Assembly (NCBI GenBank): GCA_963693365.1
Contig: CAVNZM010000003.1
Span: 6,269,448 to 6,333,447 of the forward strand
Source: Amoebidium appalachense
Taxonomy: Eukaryota; Protista; Ichthyosporea
Direction of reading: 5' to 3'
DNA: 64,000 nt
Part shown: one piece after another, positions 1-11,045 of the stretch
Layout of the letters: each line of letters opens with the position of its first letter
Numbering within the stretch: position 1 is the first letter of the stretch
Notes under the pieces: model-generated
The model's input: the letters and a program-made list of their open reading frames with translations, nothing else
Databases searched by the model: none
What the model was told of the DNA's origin: nothing
Position numbers and translations under genes: made by a program

Positions 1-118
1 CCAGACACCGACTCGCGCACCTGGTGGCGGCCGGCAGCAGACATCCCAACAGCTGATGTACCAATGTGCAACTGCGGCAGCCACTAAGTCTTATTGTCCA
101 AAAAGCCTGCTTGATACC

Positions 119-223
<105 letters not shown>

Positions 224-611
224 AGGGAAGGGGGGGGGGCTGTTCAAAGTTTATGCTACATTAAAACCACACAAATGTAAAATCGGTATGCCGTGTATTG
301 AATTAAAAGCCCATACAGCAACATTTTAACACACCAACGGAAAACCAGTCACCGGGGAGTGACCAGTTTTGGATTGGCCGGTATTTTAATAAACCAATAA
401 AAGCTCAAAATTTAAAGCAAATTTGGTGTAAATCAAAATCGCCAAAGTTCATCCAGAGTTGGGAGGAATGGTTGCATTTGCAACTTTTTCTTTTGTGACC
501 TGACCCCATCTATACCCCCCCCCCCCCTCCCCCCCCCTCTCTCCCCTCACACCCAATTTTTTTTTCTGTGCATACAGTACACACCGGTGGTCCAGCCACA
601 GCCACGGCACC

Positions 612-1232
612 ATGCGCTCGGCCCAGAAATACAACTCCTTTGCCACCTACACCTACCGGCTGCTCAAGCAGCGCCATCCCCTGGCCATGTCACGCGCTGC
701 CCTGTCGTTTGTGGTGTCCCAACAGCTGGAGTACCAGCGCCGGCTGGTCAACTGCATGATGCACCTCTGCCTCAACGCGCACCGCAGCACCCTGCGGCCC
801 CATCTGGTCGAGCTGGCCGTCAAGGTGCTGGATCCAGGCCCCCCTGGGGCCGAGTGTGTGGCCAGGATCCGGCAGGCGCTGGCCCGCGCACGTGCGTTCG
901 TGGCCGTCCCCGGCCAGCCGCGCACCACACAGGCCCTCAAGTCCGGCCTCATCATGCCCCCCTCCCGCATGAAGACCTTTGTGTACCGGCGCATGCCGTT
1001 CATCCGAATCAGCGCGGGCGCGTGCATAGCCGCTGCCTGTGCCATCCAGGTGTTCACGGAGCGGCTGCTGGGGGTGGCCAGCGTGGCCTGTCTACGGGAA
1101 AACCGCCGCCGCATAACCCAGCGCCACATGGCCGAGGTCCGTGTCCTGGCGCCCCCCACCAAGCCTGTCGTCGACACCACCATGGCCGTCGCAGATGACC
1201 CCACCCAAAAAAATGCGCTGGTTGACAACTGA
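612..1232 (+). CDS. Fused histone H2B-H2A doublet (viral type)
   Basis: The N-half SFATYTYRLLKQRHP..MSRAALSFV..HRSTLRPHLVELAVKVL matches H2B (SYSIYIYKVLKQVHP..ISSKAMSIM..KRSTITSREIQTAVRLL). The C-half KSGLIMPPSRM..RISAGACIAAACAIQVFTERLLGVA..RENRRRITQRHM matches H2A ([49 protein letters not shown]). Confidence 0.88.
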   Translation: MRSAQKYNSFATYTYRLLKQRHPLAMSRAALSFVVSQQLEYQRRLVNCMMHLCLNAHRSTLRPHLVELAVKVLDPGPPGAECVARIRQALARARAFVAVPGQPRTTQALKSGLIMPPSRMKTFVYRRMPFIRISAGACIAAACAIQVFTERLLGVASVACLRENRRRITQRHMAEVRVLAPPTKPVVDTTMAVADDPTQKNALVDN

Positions 1233-1244
1233 CCCCGTACACCC

Positions 1245-2466
1245 ATGTCTGCCGGCCCCCTTCTCCTTCTGGCAAGCGCGGGCATGCCTGCCGCCACCGG
1301 CGCCGGTTTCGCATACAGCGTATACAAAGACACCCAACACCAGCAAGCGCACACCCACACAGACCGCCAACTTGAACAGGAACACACAGCAGCCGCGTGC
1401 CCCGCCAGGTCTGCCGCGCACCCACCCCCCGCCCACCGACGGCGCCCCCCGGTCACACCCCTGCATGGACCCCGTGGATGCCTGCCTGGGGGCCGCCCGG
1501 CCAGGCCTTGCGCGCGCCGCCAACACCCGCACGGCAGACTGCACCGACCCCCCGCCCTACACAGGCAGGGACCGGCTGTTTGGTTTGGACTGTGACCCCG
1601 GGGCCACCCGTGACCGCCTGCGCAGCGACATGGCCGCCTGCCCGGAGCCACACACACCCATGGTGGACGCCAGGGGCCTGCACACCCAGCGGATCGCCCA
1701 GGGCACCGGCCAGGCAGTCCCGCTGGTGAAAGAACGCGTCGACGACCGCATAAGGCAGGTGCCGGAGCTCTCGAACGTCAACAGGGGCCGGATCCCGGTA
1801 CGGTTCACCATCGACAGGGAGGACCAGCTGGCCGTGCCCCCGAGGGCCTACGACACCAACATCGCGGGGACAGGCGCCCCCCGTGGCTCGGAGGTGGTTG
1901 TCTCTGTGCCCCAATACAAGGAGGCCGGCTCCCTGATGGGGCCCGGCCGGCCCCCACAGCCCCAACTCTCACACCACAACTTACAGCAAGGCAACACCGC
2001 TGTCATGCTCCCCTTCAAAGGCGTCGGCAGGGTGGCCCCCAACACCCGCACCCCGGCAGTCGCAGACACGCTCTCGGGGATGGGGGCCCCCGCCCGCGCC
2101 CACCTGCCCCCGCGCGTGGGGGAGCCCCGCACCCTCGCGCTCCCCCGCGTGGCGGGCACCCCCCTCCCCCCCAGCCAACCGTTCGGCGGCCACATGGCCC
2201 TCGATCCCCCCCAGGTCCCCGCCGGGCCGTCCGCCGGCAAGGTTCGTGCCCTGGCAGACAGCGCAAGGCCCGTGCCCCGCAACCCACACGCGGGAGGGGG
2301 CCCCGGCGCCGCAAGACTGGCACGCCCACGCAACGAAAAGCCGTACGGCCAGCGGGTACTGGAGGTGCCCCAAAACAGGGTGGCCCCCACCGCCGGCATC
2401 GGCGGCCAGATCCCGGGCCCCGCTTCCGCTCCCACGGTGGTGCGTGTGCCAAAGAGACCCATCTAG
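1245..2466 (+). CDS. Proline-rich hypothetical viral protein (start uncertain: ATG 1245 with a C-run frameshift near 1425, or ATG 1465)
   Basis: Long open frame 1141-2466; the ATG at 1245 just after the histone stop is in another frame. Confidence 0.5.
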
Positions 2467-2987
2467 CCTAAGGGGAGGAGGCCTGTGGCATTGCCACCGT
2501 TGAACGGCTGGGTGCCAATAAAGACATTTTCCCCTACAACGGGTGTGTTCAGTGTAAACGATGTGTTTCTCCGTTTTACCGGCTCCTGTCTGGGCCGAAC
2601 AAAGTCTTGAAGAGTGCCCTCCCATGTCCCATTGCGAGGTGACTGTAGAGGCTCGGGCACTTCTTGGGCCGGAGTCTGCGGGACGGGCTCTTGCGGTGGG
2701 TCCTTCGGGGACCCCACCACTGGCAGGGTGGATGCAGCAATGGCAGCAACCGCAGGAGTCATTCTACGGCGGGTCGTGGCCTGCCGCGGTAGTATGGGTG
2801 CTTGCCGTCGCGGGCTCTTCCCCGTTTCAAATTGCAGGCCATCGTCAATTTGAATCACATTTTTTGGTTTCAAGTTGTTTCGTGTGCCAATAAACGTCAT
2901 GCCAACGGCCAGCACAAGCACTGCAATGGCGGCAAAGCCCAATAGGTCCACCGTGCCGTAGCCACCGACTGTCATGGCATTGCCCAT
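2463..2987 (-). CDS. Hypothetical protein with N-terminal transmembrane helix
   Basis: ATG-started 174-aa ORF with hydrophobic LLGFAAIAVLVLAVGMTFIG; its stop overlaps the convergent ORF. Confidence 0.6.
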   Translation of the reverse strand: MGNAMTVGGYGTVDLLGFAAIAVLVLAVGMTFIGTRNNLKPKNVIQIDDGLQFETGKSPRRQAPILPRQATTRRRMTPAVAAIAASTLPVVGSPKDPPQEPVPQTPAQEVPEPLQSPRNGTWEGTLQDFVRPRQEPVKRRNTSFTLNTPVVGENVFIGTQPFNGGNATGLLPLG

Positions 2988-3112
2988 GTTCCGCCCACGT
3001 GTGGCAATAGCTCACACTTTTGGTGGAGACGTGGCCGTGTTGAGGGGCATTTTACCACTTTCCCCGTTGCACTGCCTTTTTTTCTTTGCCATAGGCAACA
3101 GGCACACCAGCC

Positions 3113-3460
3113 ATGGCCTCCCCTGCCAACGTCGACGCGTTCAACCAACTGATGGTGGAATTTCTGGGCAAGCTGGGAGCCAGTTTTCCCGCCGAGCTGG
3201 GCAGCGCCAAGCCCATGTACGAGGCGGTGGTGATGACCGGGAAGACCGCGGGCTTGGACCTGTTCCGCGAGCACATGGGCCCCTACGTGAACCACCTGGT
3301 GGCCGGGGACGACTCGTTTGCAACCACACTTCCATCCGATGGGCCCTTTGCGTTTGTGTCCATGTGGCCCTGTCTGGATCTCTCCGTCAAGCAGCCCATA
3401 TTCCAGTACCTGCAGGCCCTCGCCAAGATCGCATTCCAACTCCCCCCGGCACCCAAATGA
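3113..3460 (+). CDS. Conserved NCLDV-type hypothetical protein
   Basis: Pattern FNQLMVEFL..L..SFP...F...MGPY..HL..GDDSF...MW..L...VK..IFQYLQAL resembles small conserved giant-virus proteins (recognised from memory). Confidence 0.7.
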   Translation: MASPANVDAFNQLMVEFLGKLGASFPAELGSAKPMYEAVVMTGKTAGLDLFREHMGPYVNHLVAGDDSFATTLPSDGPFAFVSMWPCLDLSVKQPIFQYLQALAKIAFQLPPAPK

Positions 3461-3729
3461 CCCCCCTGCTCCCCCCCGCCCCCCGCCCCTCGCGTGCCTC
3501 CGCGTATGACATGCCCCCCGTGGATCTCTCGGGCCTGATGGATCTGGCCAGCACCCCCGAGGTCATGCAGGCAGCCACGAAACTCGTCACCAACATGACA
3601 CCGGAGAAGCTGCAGCAGATCCAGGCATTTGGCACGCAGTTGCTGACAGACATGTCCCCCGGCGACCTGGACGCGCTTGCGCAGCTGGTGGGGGCCAACA
3701 TGGGCAAGCGACAGCCGGTCGCCAACTGA
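3457..3729 (+). CDS. Small hypothetical protein
   Basis: ATGA start/stop overlap with the upstream gene; helical, Met-rich 90-aa ORF. Confidence 0.55.
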   Translation: MTPLLPPAPRPSRASAYDMPPVDLSGLMDLASTPEVMQAATKLVTNMTPEKLQQIQAFGTQLLTDMSPGDLDALAQLVGANMGKRQPVAN

Positions 3730-3801
3730 GCGCCGTGGCGTCGGCCAGGCAAATAAACTTTTACAGTACCACATTCAGTGTACACGGTTGTGTGGGTGTG
3801 C

Positions 3802-4530
3802 TCAGAATGGCACCTGGGTGTGTTCAGGGGGCGGCCGTGGGTTGTTGGGCAGCGAGGGCACCGCATCGGGCCCAAAGTGCCTTTCCACCATCGCCCGTTC
3901 CCACTCTGTCAGCTTGTTTGCGTCGGCAAGGTCGCCAATGGCCAGCCGGTCGGCCAGCGTGATTTGGTCGGTAAACAGGTCGCCCTGCGACAGCATTTTC
4001 AGAGCCACGTACACGCGCACCTGCTTGATGGCCGCCAGATCCGTCTGCACGCGCACCTTGCTCTGTACCCAGTCCAGCAGCACCAGCCCGTTCTCAAACA
4101 CGGACGCGTGCCAGAGCTGTGCCTCCCTGTGCCCCAGAAGCTCCTCCAGAAGGAACCACAGACCTGTCTGTGCAATGGTAGTGTAGACCCGTTTCAACTC
4201 AATTTGTTGCTTGGGTGTCATGTGCTTGAGCGTATTCTCTATGGAGGGCCCATACAGAAGCGCTTCCACGGCGATTCCCGCCACCACAGCCGGGTAGCTC
4301 CGCCAGGCCACCGTTCCCATCACCGAGTCCATGGATGCTGCCATGTTGTCGATACCCATCCCCATGGCCAGAGCTACCGACATCTTGGCTTCTGCCAGCA
4401 CCAATTGATGGCCGTGCACCACCTCACGGGCCATCCTCAGGTCGCGTTGGGTCTCCCGCAACACCTCTTGCTCCAGGCCCGGGGTGAGGTGGCTGGCTAC
4501 CCAGAGGGCCCACTGCTTTGCGACATCCAT
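3802..4530 (-). CDS. Hypothetical viral protein
   Basis: Globular-looking ORF of ~240 aa (frame open to 4590). Confidence 0.6.
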   Translation of the reverse strand: MDVAKQWALWVASHLTPGLEQEVLRETQRDLRMAREVVHGHQLVLAEAKMSVALAMGMGIDNMAASMDSVMGTVAWRSYPAVVAGIAVEALLYGPSIENTLKHMTPKQQIELKRVYTTIAQTGLWFLLEELLGHREAQLWHASVFENGLVLLDWVQSKVRVQTDLAAIKQVRVYVALKMLSQGDLFTDQITLADRLAIGDLADANKLTEWERAMVERHFGPDAVPSLPNNPRPPPEHTQVPF

Positions 4531-4625
4531 GTCGACCGGTGTATATAACTTGGCCACATTTTCGGTGCCACCAGGGGCCCACGACCCCACTTTTTATGTA
4601 CTTCAGAAAAGCCACCGTTTCAGCC

Positions 4626-5063
4626 ATGCGCCAGCGCTACTTGGAATCCATGGTGACCCCACTCGAGCTTGCCCCCCTGAGCCACGAGTATGGCGGGCTG
4701 CACAACTATGGCTCGTGGACAAGCACCGCCAACGGCAACGTCCCTCAAACACACACCACCGGGACATGCGCACGCCCCACTGGGCGCCCGGTCCGCGAGA
4801 GACACTCCCCCTGGGACCTCTCCCCCCCACAGCCATGTGCTGCCGGTGGGCCCGCCGCCTCGTGTGGTTGCAGCAAGGACCTTCCCACGTCCGCAGGGTG
4901 CGGCTGCAGAAAGCAGGCACTGGCTCTCGACACCACAGAGCGGACAGGCAGTGGCAGCGTCGATGCCTTCACGGCAAAAGTCGCAAATGCACTGCCCATG
5001 CTCACGTTTGCGGTGCAACTCGTATGCCTGATTCTGCTCATGTATTTGGTGGCCACGGCATAA
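4626..5063 (+). CDS. Hypothetical protein with C-terminal TM anchor
   Basis: ATG start, Cys cluster, hydrophobic C-terminus LPMLTFAVQLVCLILLMYLV. Confidence 0.55.
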   Translation: MRQRYLESMVTPLELAPLSHEYGGLHNYGSWTSTANGNVPQTHTTGTCARPTGRPVRERHSPWDLSPPQPCAAGGPAASCGCSKDLPTSAGCGCRKQALALDTTERTGSGSVDAFTAKVANALPMLTFAVQLVCLILLMYLVATA

Positions 5064-5139
5064 AGGCATATGGCCACCGTGTCGGCCTTCTAACGGCAAC
5101 CAACGTCGTCGTATTTTTGGTGCCTTGTAATAGCATACC

Positions 5140-5421
5140 ATGGCCCAGCCAGCCGGGCCACCAGAGCAACCGTTACGGCCACAGCAGCCGGCACCCGTGC
5201 ACCGGCAGCAGCTTGGGGCTAACCTACAAACCAGCCTGGAGTTTATAACACAGCGTGCACGTCTGGCAAGGAGTCTAGACAGCGCCGCGGCACCCCTGGC
5301 TCCTTCCGAACCCCAGAGAAAGAAACTCAGGATGCCCCCCGTAGTCCTGCCCCCCTTTAGAGACATAAGAGGGCTGGAAGAGCAGTACAAGCGAGTGTAT
5401 CTACAGGGGCCGTCTCTGTAA
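5140..5421 (+). CDS. Small hypothetical protein
   Basis: ATG in ACCATGG context, 93 aa, collinear with neighbours. Confidence 0.45.
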   Translation: MAQPAGPPEQPLRPQQPAPVHRQQLGANLQTSLEFITQRARLARSLDSAAAPLAPSEPQRKKLRMPPVVLPPFRDIRGLEEQYKRVYLQGPSL

Positions 5422-5469
5422 CTCAGTAAAACTCCACACGGGTAAAAACACTCGGGTCTCATCTTTGGT

Positions 5470-5473
5470 GTGC

Positions 5474-5557
<84 letters not shown>

Positions 5558-6135
5558 CCCCCCCCCCCCCTCCCTCTCTGCTCACGTGCGCAAAAACTTG
5601 TCCTAACTCATGGCTTTTTGGGTTTGTGGGGGATTTCGAAGGGGGTAAAAAGTACGATACGTGTTTCTGATTGGCGGATGTGTCTTATACACTGTAATTT
5701 AGAACGAACCTTCCTTATATGGGAGGTGTGCTTGTACATGATTGGTTAATGCGGAAGGACCGTCTTAGTGATAAGAACATTCCTGTTTACCCTCCTCTGT
5801 TTTCCCCCAAACGTGTATACATGGGGTTTGGCCATACACACACATGGGATTCGACAGAGTCGACCCCGTGCACCACCCGGGATTTGACAAAGTCGACCCC
5901 ATGTTGAGCGGCCCTGTGGGTGCGTCGAATCTGGGTTGGCAATGCCCTGTACACGAGGAAGGGGGGGGGGGGGGGGGGGGATAGACAAGGGGGGGGGGGG
6001 GATAGAGAAGGGGGGGGGGATAGAGAAGGGGGGGGGGGGGGATAGAGAAGGGGGGGGGGGGGAGGATAGACAAGGGGGGGGGGGATAGACAAGGGGGGGG
6101 GGGATAGACAAGGGGGGGGGGGGGGGGGGGGGGGA
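5470..6135. repeat. (TG)n tract plus G-run/GATAGA(C/G)AAG minisatellite
   Basis: Seen directly at 5470-5556 and 5960-6135. Confidence 0.9.
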
Positions 6136-6451
6136 GCCCACAACCCAAAACTGTGCATGTTTTATTAATAGACAGGCCCACGGGTCTATGTTTCATTTGT
6201 TGTGGATATATAAAAGATAGTCGATCGATTTTGTCTGTCTTGAATTATAAACAACCCATATTTCAGGCAATTTTCATGGCTTGGATATACATAAAATTGG
6301 ATAACCATTTTTTTAATTTTGTTTTTCTTTTTTTTTTTTTCTGAAGGACTGGCAAAGGCACCCAGAGGCTGGGCATGTCAGTGCGTATGTGCGTGTGTGT
6401 GTGTATGTGCGTGTGCGTGTGTGTGTGTGACTCAGTCCGTCGTACGTGTGT

Positions 6452-7786
6452 CTAAAACAAGTTCAACGTGGCCTGCGACCCCCCTCCCCCTGGTCTGTCT
6501 CCTTCTCCGTCTTCAAGCTGGCCTTCGGCCCCCCCTTGCCCTTGCCCTTTCCCTTGCCGGCACCTTTGCCCCCGCCCTCTCCAGCTCCCGCCGACTTCAT
6601 CGCGGCCGCCTCGTCCAGCCCCCCACCCGTTGGGCGCAAAGTGTCCCCCGGCCCGGTGAACGGCGCCTGTGGCCGCGGGGCAAGCCCCGGCACGGCGGGA
6701 GCGGGCCCCCGCAAAGCCTGTGGCGGCGCTGCTGGCTGCCCCTGCCCGCCCACTTTGGCCGCCCCCGCCCGCTGGGGCGCACGGGCTTCTTTTGGAGGGG
6801 GGGTCGGCGCCTTGTGGGTCCCTCGGCTCCTCCTGTGCCTGCCTCTCCCGGGCCAGTTTGGCCCCCGTGGTGCTGTGGTACACAACCGCGTTCACGCACA
6901 GCAACGCGAGTAGCTCCAAACCAGGGTGCACCTGCAGCCCCATCTTGTACCGCTCGGCCAGCCGCAGAAGGATGTCGTCAAACTGCGCCTCGTTTTGCAT
7001 GAAACTCTCGGTCCACCCGTCGAGGTACACGCTGCTCAGAAACCGGCTGGTCAGCTTTTCCACCCCCGTGGTTCCCATAAACAGGCCGTAGCGCAAGAAC
7101 TGCGCGACTCGCTGCTGGTTCTCCAGCGCGTCCAGCTCCGCCAGCTTGGACTCGAGCACCTCGACGGGGGTGCCGCTGTTGTAGAGGAGCGGGTCCACAG
7201 CCGCCCCCCTCGCCTTCTTCAGCATGAGCTTCTCCCATACAGCCTGGCGCCGGGCAGCCTCGCTCTGCGCCGGTTCCCTGGCTTGCGCGGTCTCGGCCCT
7301 GGGCGGCGGCCCCCTCTCTCCCCACCCACCGTCCAGATCCACACTGCCCCGCCCCCCCCTTACCCCATACCCGCCACGCGCCGCCCCCGTGCTGCCGTTG
7401 GACGCCACGCTCATCGTGTCATATCCACCCCCCTGCCTCGGCCTTGGCCCCCCCTCCCACCCCTCCCGTCTCTGCCTCTTGGTCTGTGGGACGGGGCTGT
7501 GGTCTGCACCGCTCTCCCACCCCTCCACGTCATCGGGCTCGTATGCCCGCTTGGACAGCTCCTGCTCGACAGGGGGGCTGGGGGGCCGGAGCTCCGAATA
7601 CTCCCGCGACTCGCTCCCCCTCACCACCCGTGCAGGGGGGCTGGCGCTGCCCCGGTATCCCCCCTCCCGTGGGCTGCTGGTCACAAGGCCGGCCCCGTCG
7701 CCGGCTTTGCGTCTTACCACTTCTTTGTTCTCCATGGCTTCGAACACGGACTCGTCGATGCTCCCGCCGTCATCGCTGTCGGCCAT
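6452..7786 (-). CDS. Conserved NCLDV protein (DUF5767-like)
   Basis: Low-complexity acidic N-terminus, then GVEKL...LDGWTES...FDDILLRLAERY...PGLELL...AVVYH, the LDGWSE-type giant-virus family motif. Confidence 0.7.
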   Translation of the reverse strand: MADSDDGGSIDESVFEAMENKEVVRRKAGDGAGLVTSSPREGGYRGSASPPARVVRGSESREYSELRPPSPPVEQELSKRAYEPDDVEGWESGADHSPVPQTKRQRREGWEGGPRPRQGGGYDTMSVASNGSTGAARGGYGVRGGRGSVDLDGGWGERGPPPRAETAQAREPAQSEAARRQAVWEKLMLKKARGAAVDPLLYNSGTPVEVLESKLAELDALENQQRVAQFLRYGLFMGTTGVEKLTSRFLSSVYLDGWTESFMQNEAQFDDILLRLAERYKMGLQVHPGLELLALLCVNAVVYHSTTGAKLARERQAQEEPRDPQGADPPSKRSPCAPAGGGGQSGRAGAASSAATGFAGARSRRAGACPAATGAVHRAGGHFAPNGWGAGRGGRDEVGGSWRGRGQRCRQGKGQGQGGAEGQLEDGEGDRPGGGGSQATLNLF

Positions 7787-7852
7787 TTTGCGCCCGGTGG
7801 TGTCTAGACATACCACAGAAAATTTCCTGGCTGTGTCCCAAAACGTGTAGGA

Positions 7853-7912
<60 letters not shown>

Positions 7913-7967
7913 GTTCACCCAGCCCCCTGCTCCGCGGAAAAAAAAAAATTCTCGCGGGTTCCTAACC

Positions 7968-8726
7968 ATGGAGAACGACGGCGACACAGCGGCCCATTTC
8001 GAGGCACACCGTCAGGAAGGTCCGCTGGCCACAGCCCAGCGCTCTCGTGCCCCGAGCAGCTGGAGGCTGGATGGCCTGCCCACGGGGAAAACCCCCCGGC
8101 CAAGTGTATCCACAGACGACGGCGCCCGCCCGGCGAGCTCGGCCTCCCTACTCAGCCTGGGTGACTTCCCCATTTTCGAGGCAGGCCTGCGCCGCCGCAG
8201 CGCCAGCGTGTGTCCCCCCCAGCCAAAACACACACTCGAAGAATCGGATTTCACCCACCCACCAGCGGGCCCCAGGCCCACGACCACCATCCGTTCGACC
8301 GACGGGCTCCTGAAGGAATGGATGGGCTCGTGCAAGAGGAAGGCCCAGCGGCACATGCGCCTGGCTGCCTGCCACAACATACTGTTCTATGTGTGTGGGG
8401 TGCCCACCATTGTTCTCAGCGCTGCAAACACCGTCATATCAAACACCGACAACCCTGTTCTGGAACGCTGTATTATGTACATCTCCGCCATAGCAGCCAT
8501 AACGGCAAGCCTGTCCACCTTCTTTGACTTTGGCGGCACCCGCATGGCACACAAGAGCACCGCCGACAAGCTCACTGCACTGGCGAATGATATCAACTCT
8601 ACCCTGGTGCTGCCCCCCGACAGGCGCCCCAGCGACGCCACCATAAAGGCCGCCACGCTGAAAAAGCTGAGCGACATACAGCAGGATGCCCCCATGGTGG
8701 GCTTCGGCAGCGAGACGGGCTCCTGA
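7968..8726 (+). CDS. SLATT-like (SMODS/SLOG-associated 2TM) domain protein
   Basis: LKEW..CKRKAQRH...GVPTIVLSA (TM1)...ISAIAAITASLSTFFDFG (TM2)..AHK..A.KL..L..DI...L.LP..RR. Confidence 0.7.
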   Translation: MENDGDTAAHFEAHRQEGPLATAQRSRAPSSWRLDGLPTGKTPRPSVSTDDGARPASSASLLSLGDFPIFEAGLRRRSASVCPPQPKHTLEESDFTHPPAGPRPTTTIRSTDGLLKEWMGSCKRKAQRHMRLAACHNILFYVCGVPTIVLSAANTVISNTDNPVLERCIMYISAIAAITASLSTFFDFGGTRMAHKSTADKLTALANDINSTLVLPPDRRPSDATIKAATLKKLSDIQQDAPMVGFGSETGS

Positions 8727-8735
8727 GCCACTACC

Positions 8736-9671
8736 CTACCCGTTCAGGTGCCGTCGTAGCCGTTCGATTCCCCTGCAGAGGCCCTCTACCCAAAGCTCGT
8801 CGTCGAAGCACACCACCTCTGCCCTCACCTCCCCTCCCAGCATCTGCACGTAGTGGCACCTTCGGGTATCCGTGGCTGCCATGTACGCGTGCATCTGATA
8901 CAACTCGTACTCGGAAGGCCGTGCATGGAATCGGTCCAGACGGCACTTCACCTCAATGGGGTACCCGTCCAGCAGGTTCACGGCGTCCAGCTTTCCTACA
9001 AGCTTCACCACACCCACACCGTCGTGGCCCGGGGACAGCCACGGAGTCTCGACTGGCAACCCCGGGCAGCCCACCGGCACGCCATAACGCTGGCTGTAGC
9101 AGTCCAACGCAACCGGCTCTCCGACATTTCCCATCTCACACTTCATCCTACTGTACAGCCGGTCTCTGTTTTCCTCGGAGCACCCCTGGCTGGCCAGTGC
9201 CTCGGGGCCCCCACACCACCCCATGACATTGCGAAGAAACTGCACTGCCATGGCCGTCCGTCCAATTCTGCCGCCCCTCTTTGCCAGCTCCAGGTCTCCA
9301 AACCACCACCTGCTCTGCATGAGTTTCGCAAACAACCCCCTGACCCTGGCCATGGTTACGACGGATTCGCTGGCATGGCTCACAGCCAAGCGATAGGCCT
9401 CTGCCTGTCCTGCTGTACCCCTATAGAGCATCAGTTCTCCACCCATCTGGGCTGTTTTGCGAAAGGAGTCGCGGGTCAGAAAGTTGGCCACCATCCTGCA
9501 GGAGGAGGTCACTTGATCCCACATCATGCTCTCATACACGTTGGGCCACAGCTCCCGCAAAACCCCCTGGTTGGCACTCAGAAAAACTACCCGCGGCCAA
9601 TAGTCCACGTCATCGCGTGGGTTCATGCACATCATGTGGGAAAACAGGGATATTTGCACGTGCAAGGCCAT
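8736..9671 (-). CDS. YqaJ-like viral recombinase / lambda-type exonuclease (PD-(D/E)xK)
   Basis: GNVGEP, LVGKLDA, PIEVKCR and YELYQMHAYM motifs. Confidence 0.85.
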   Translation of the reverse strand: MALHVQISLFSHMMCMNPRDDVDYWPRVVFLSANQGVLRELWPNVYESMMWDQVTSSCRMVANFLTRDSFRKTAQMGGELMLYRGTAGQAEAYRLAVSHASESVVTMARVRGLFAKLMQSRWWFGDLELAKRGGRIGRTAMAVQFLRNVMGWCGGPEALASQGCSEENRDRLYSRMKCEMGNVGEPVALDCYSQRYGVPVGCPGLPVETPWLSPGHDGVGVVKLVGKLDAVNLLDGYPIEVKCRLDRFHARPSEYELYQMHAYMAATDTRRCHYVQMLGGEVRAEVVCFDDELWVEGLCRGIERLRRHLNG

Positions 9672-10178
9672 GCCGACCACTCGCAAAAACCGCTTCTTAT
9701 ACACCACAGAAAATATGAGATGTCTGCAAAACACACACACACGTGTCGTGTGTGTGTCCCATTTATTGGCTTGGCCGGGCACATCCGGATCCCAGGCTGC
9801 CTGGCTAATACCGATAGTGCCTCTGTACGCCAAATCCACGCGACGGGTCGCGGTCCACAATGGAAGACACGTATGCGGTGGTCGTTGTCCCCGGGTGGGC
9901 GCGCTGGGGAATGGCTGGCTCGGGACGGGGTTGTAGGTTGGGGTTCTTGAACGAGCCCATCACCACGGGGTAGATCACCGTGGGCATGCACAGCTGCGGT
10001 CTGAAACACGGATCGTCTATTTATGGAAACTGGCAGGTGTTGTCGGCGAACGAATTGGGCTCTGCGCGCTTACCTGCCTCGCTGCTCATCGTCAAGAAGC
10101 GCGTTGGTGGTGGTACCATACGGAGATAAAAACCCCGGCCACGGCCAAAAGCCGGTCAAAACCCCGTACCGGCCAACC

Positions 10179-10814
10179 ATGTGGGGCTGGGAGTGGCTGA
10201 CGATGGGTGTGGAGTGCCTGCTTCTTTCGGCACTCTTGTACACGCTGTACAGGCTGGTGCCTCGGCAGCTTGACCGCTGGGACCTTGCCCACAACCTCGT
10301 CTGCCGTCTGCTCATCTCATACGAAAAACATGACCAGCTGGGGACAACAGAGGCTGGCATGGCGGCTGTAGCACGTGAACTACTGGACCGGCTGGTAGAA
10401 GAGGAGCTTGCCCTGCTACAGGACACGGCGCTGGCTGCACGGGCAAAGGCAAATCCCCTGCTCAGGGGCCCCCGTGCGGGATTGGCCGTGGCCATGTCTC
10501 GCTTCCTGCTGGCCCCAAACTCCTCGCTCTCCCAGCGTGCCCTGGCAGCGCTTCTTGCCGACACCAGGCAGTACCTGGCCATGACCATCCACCACCCACT
10601 GCCGCTGGAACACGCACTCGCACACACCATGCAACACTTGCCGACGGTGGATCTTGGCGCCCACGCAGCCGTTTCCGCCGCACGCACGGCGTGTGAACAG
10701 GTGGCTCTCGCCCGCCGACGACTGGACTGGGCGCTGTGTCGGGCCAACGCCCCATACAGCGTTATGGGGGCCCTGGGGCGCTTGGCCGTGGGCGTTTGCC
10801 AGGGCCAACGGTAA
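10179..10814 (+). CDS. Hypothetical protein with N-terminal TM segment
   Basis: ATG start, hydrophobic GVECLLLSALLYTLY, helical remainder. Confidence 0.5.
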   Translation: MWGWEWLTMGVECLLLSALLYTLYRLVPRQLDRWDLAHNLVCRLLISYEKHDQLGTTEAGMAAVARELLDRLVEEELALLQDTALAARAKANPLLRGPRAGLAVAMSRFLLAPNSSLSQRALAALLADTRQYLAMTIHHPLPLEHALAHTMQHLPTVDLGAHAAVSAARTACEQVALARRRLDWALCRANAPYSVMGALGRLAVGVCQGQR

Positions 10815-11045
10815 ACAGATCCAAAAATGACATGCGCCTTTTCGCCATGACCAGCCCGGCACCAATCAAAAACGCCAGGACGCCGATAATAAAAACGCCC
10901 TTCAGCTCCTTGATAGCTACGAACGCCTCGACGTTCCCTGCGTTGCCTTGTACAATCCCTTCCCCTACCCCCCTATAAAAAGACACGCCGCTCATTTGGG
11001 TTGGTATTGTCTGGGTGGCAAATATTCCTGCCGGAAACAGTCAAA

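Noticed and set aside
653-10009. Many overlapping antisense/alternative-frame ORFs in the GC-rich viral block
   Set aside because: Expected shadows in high-GC coding DNA, with no recognisable motifs.
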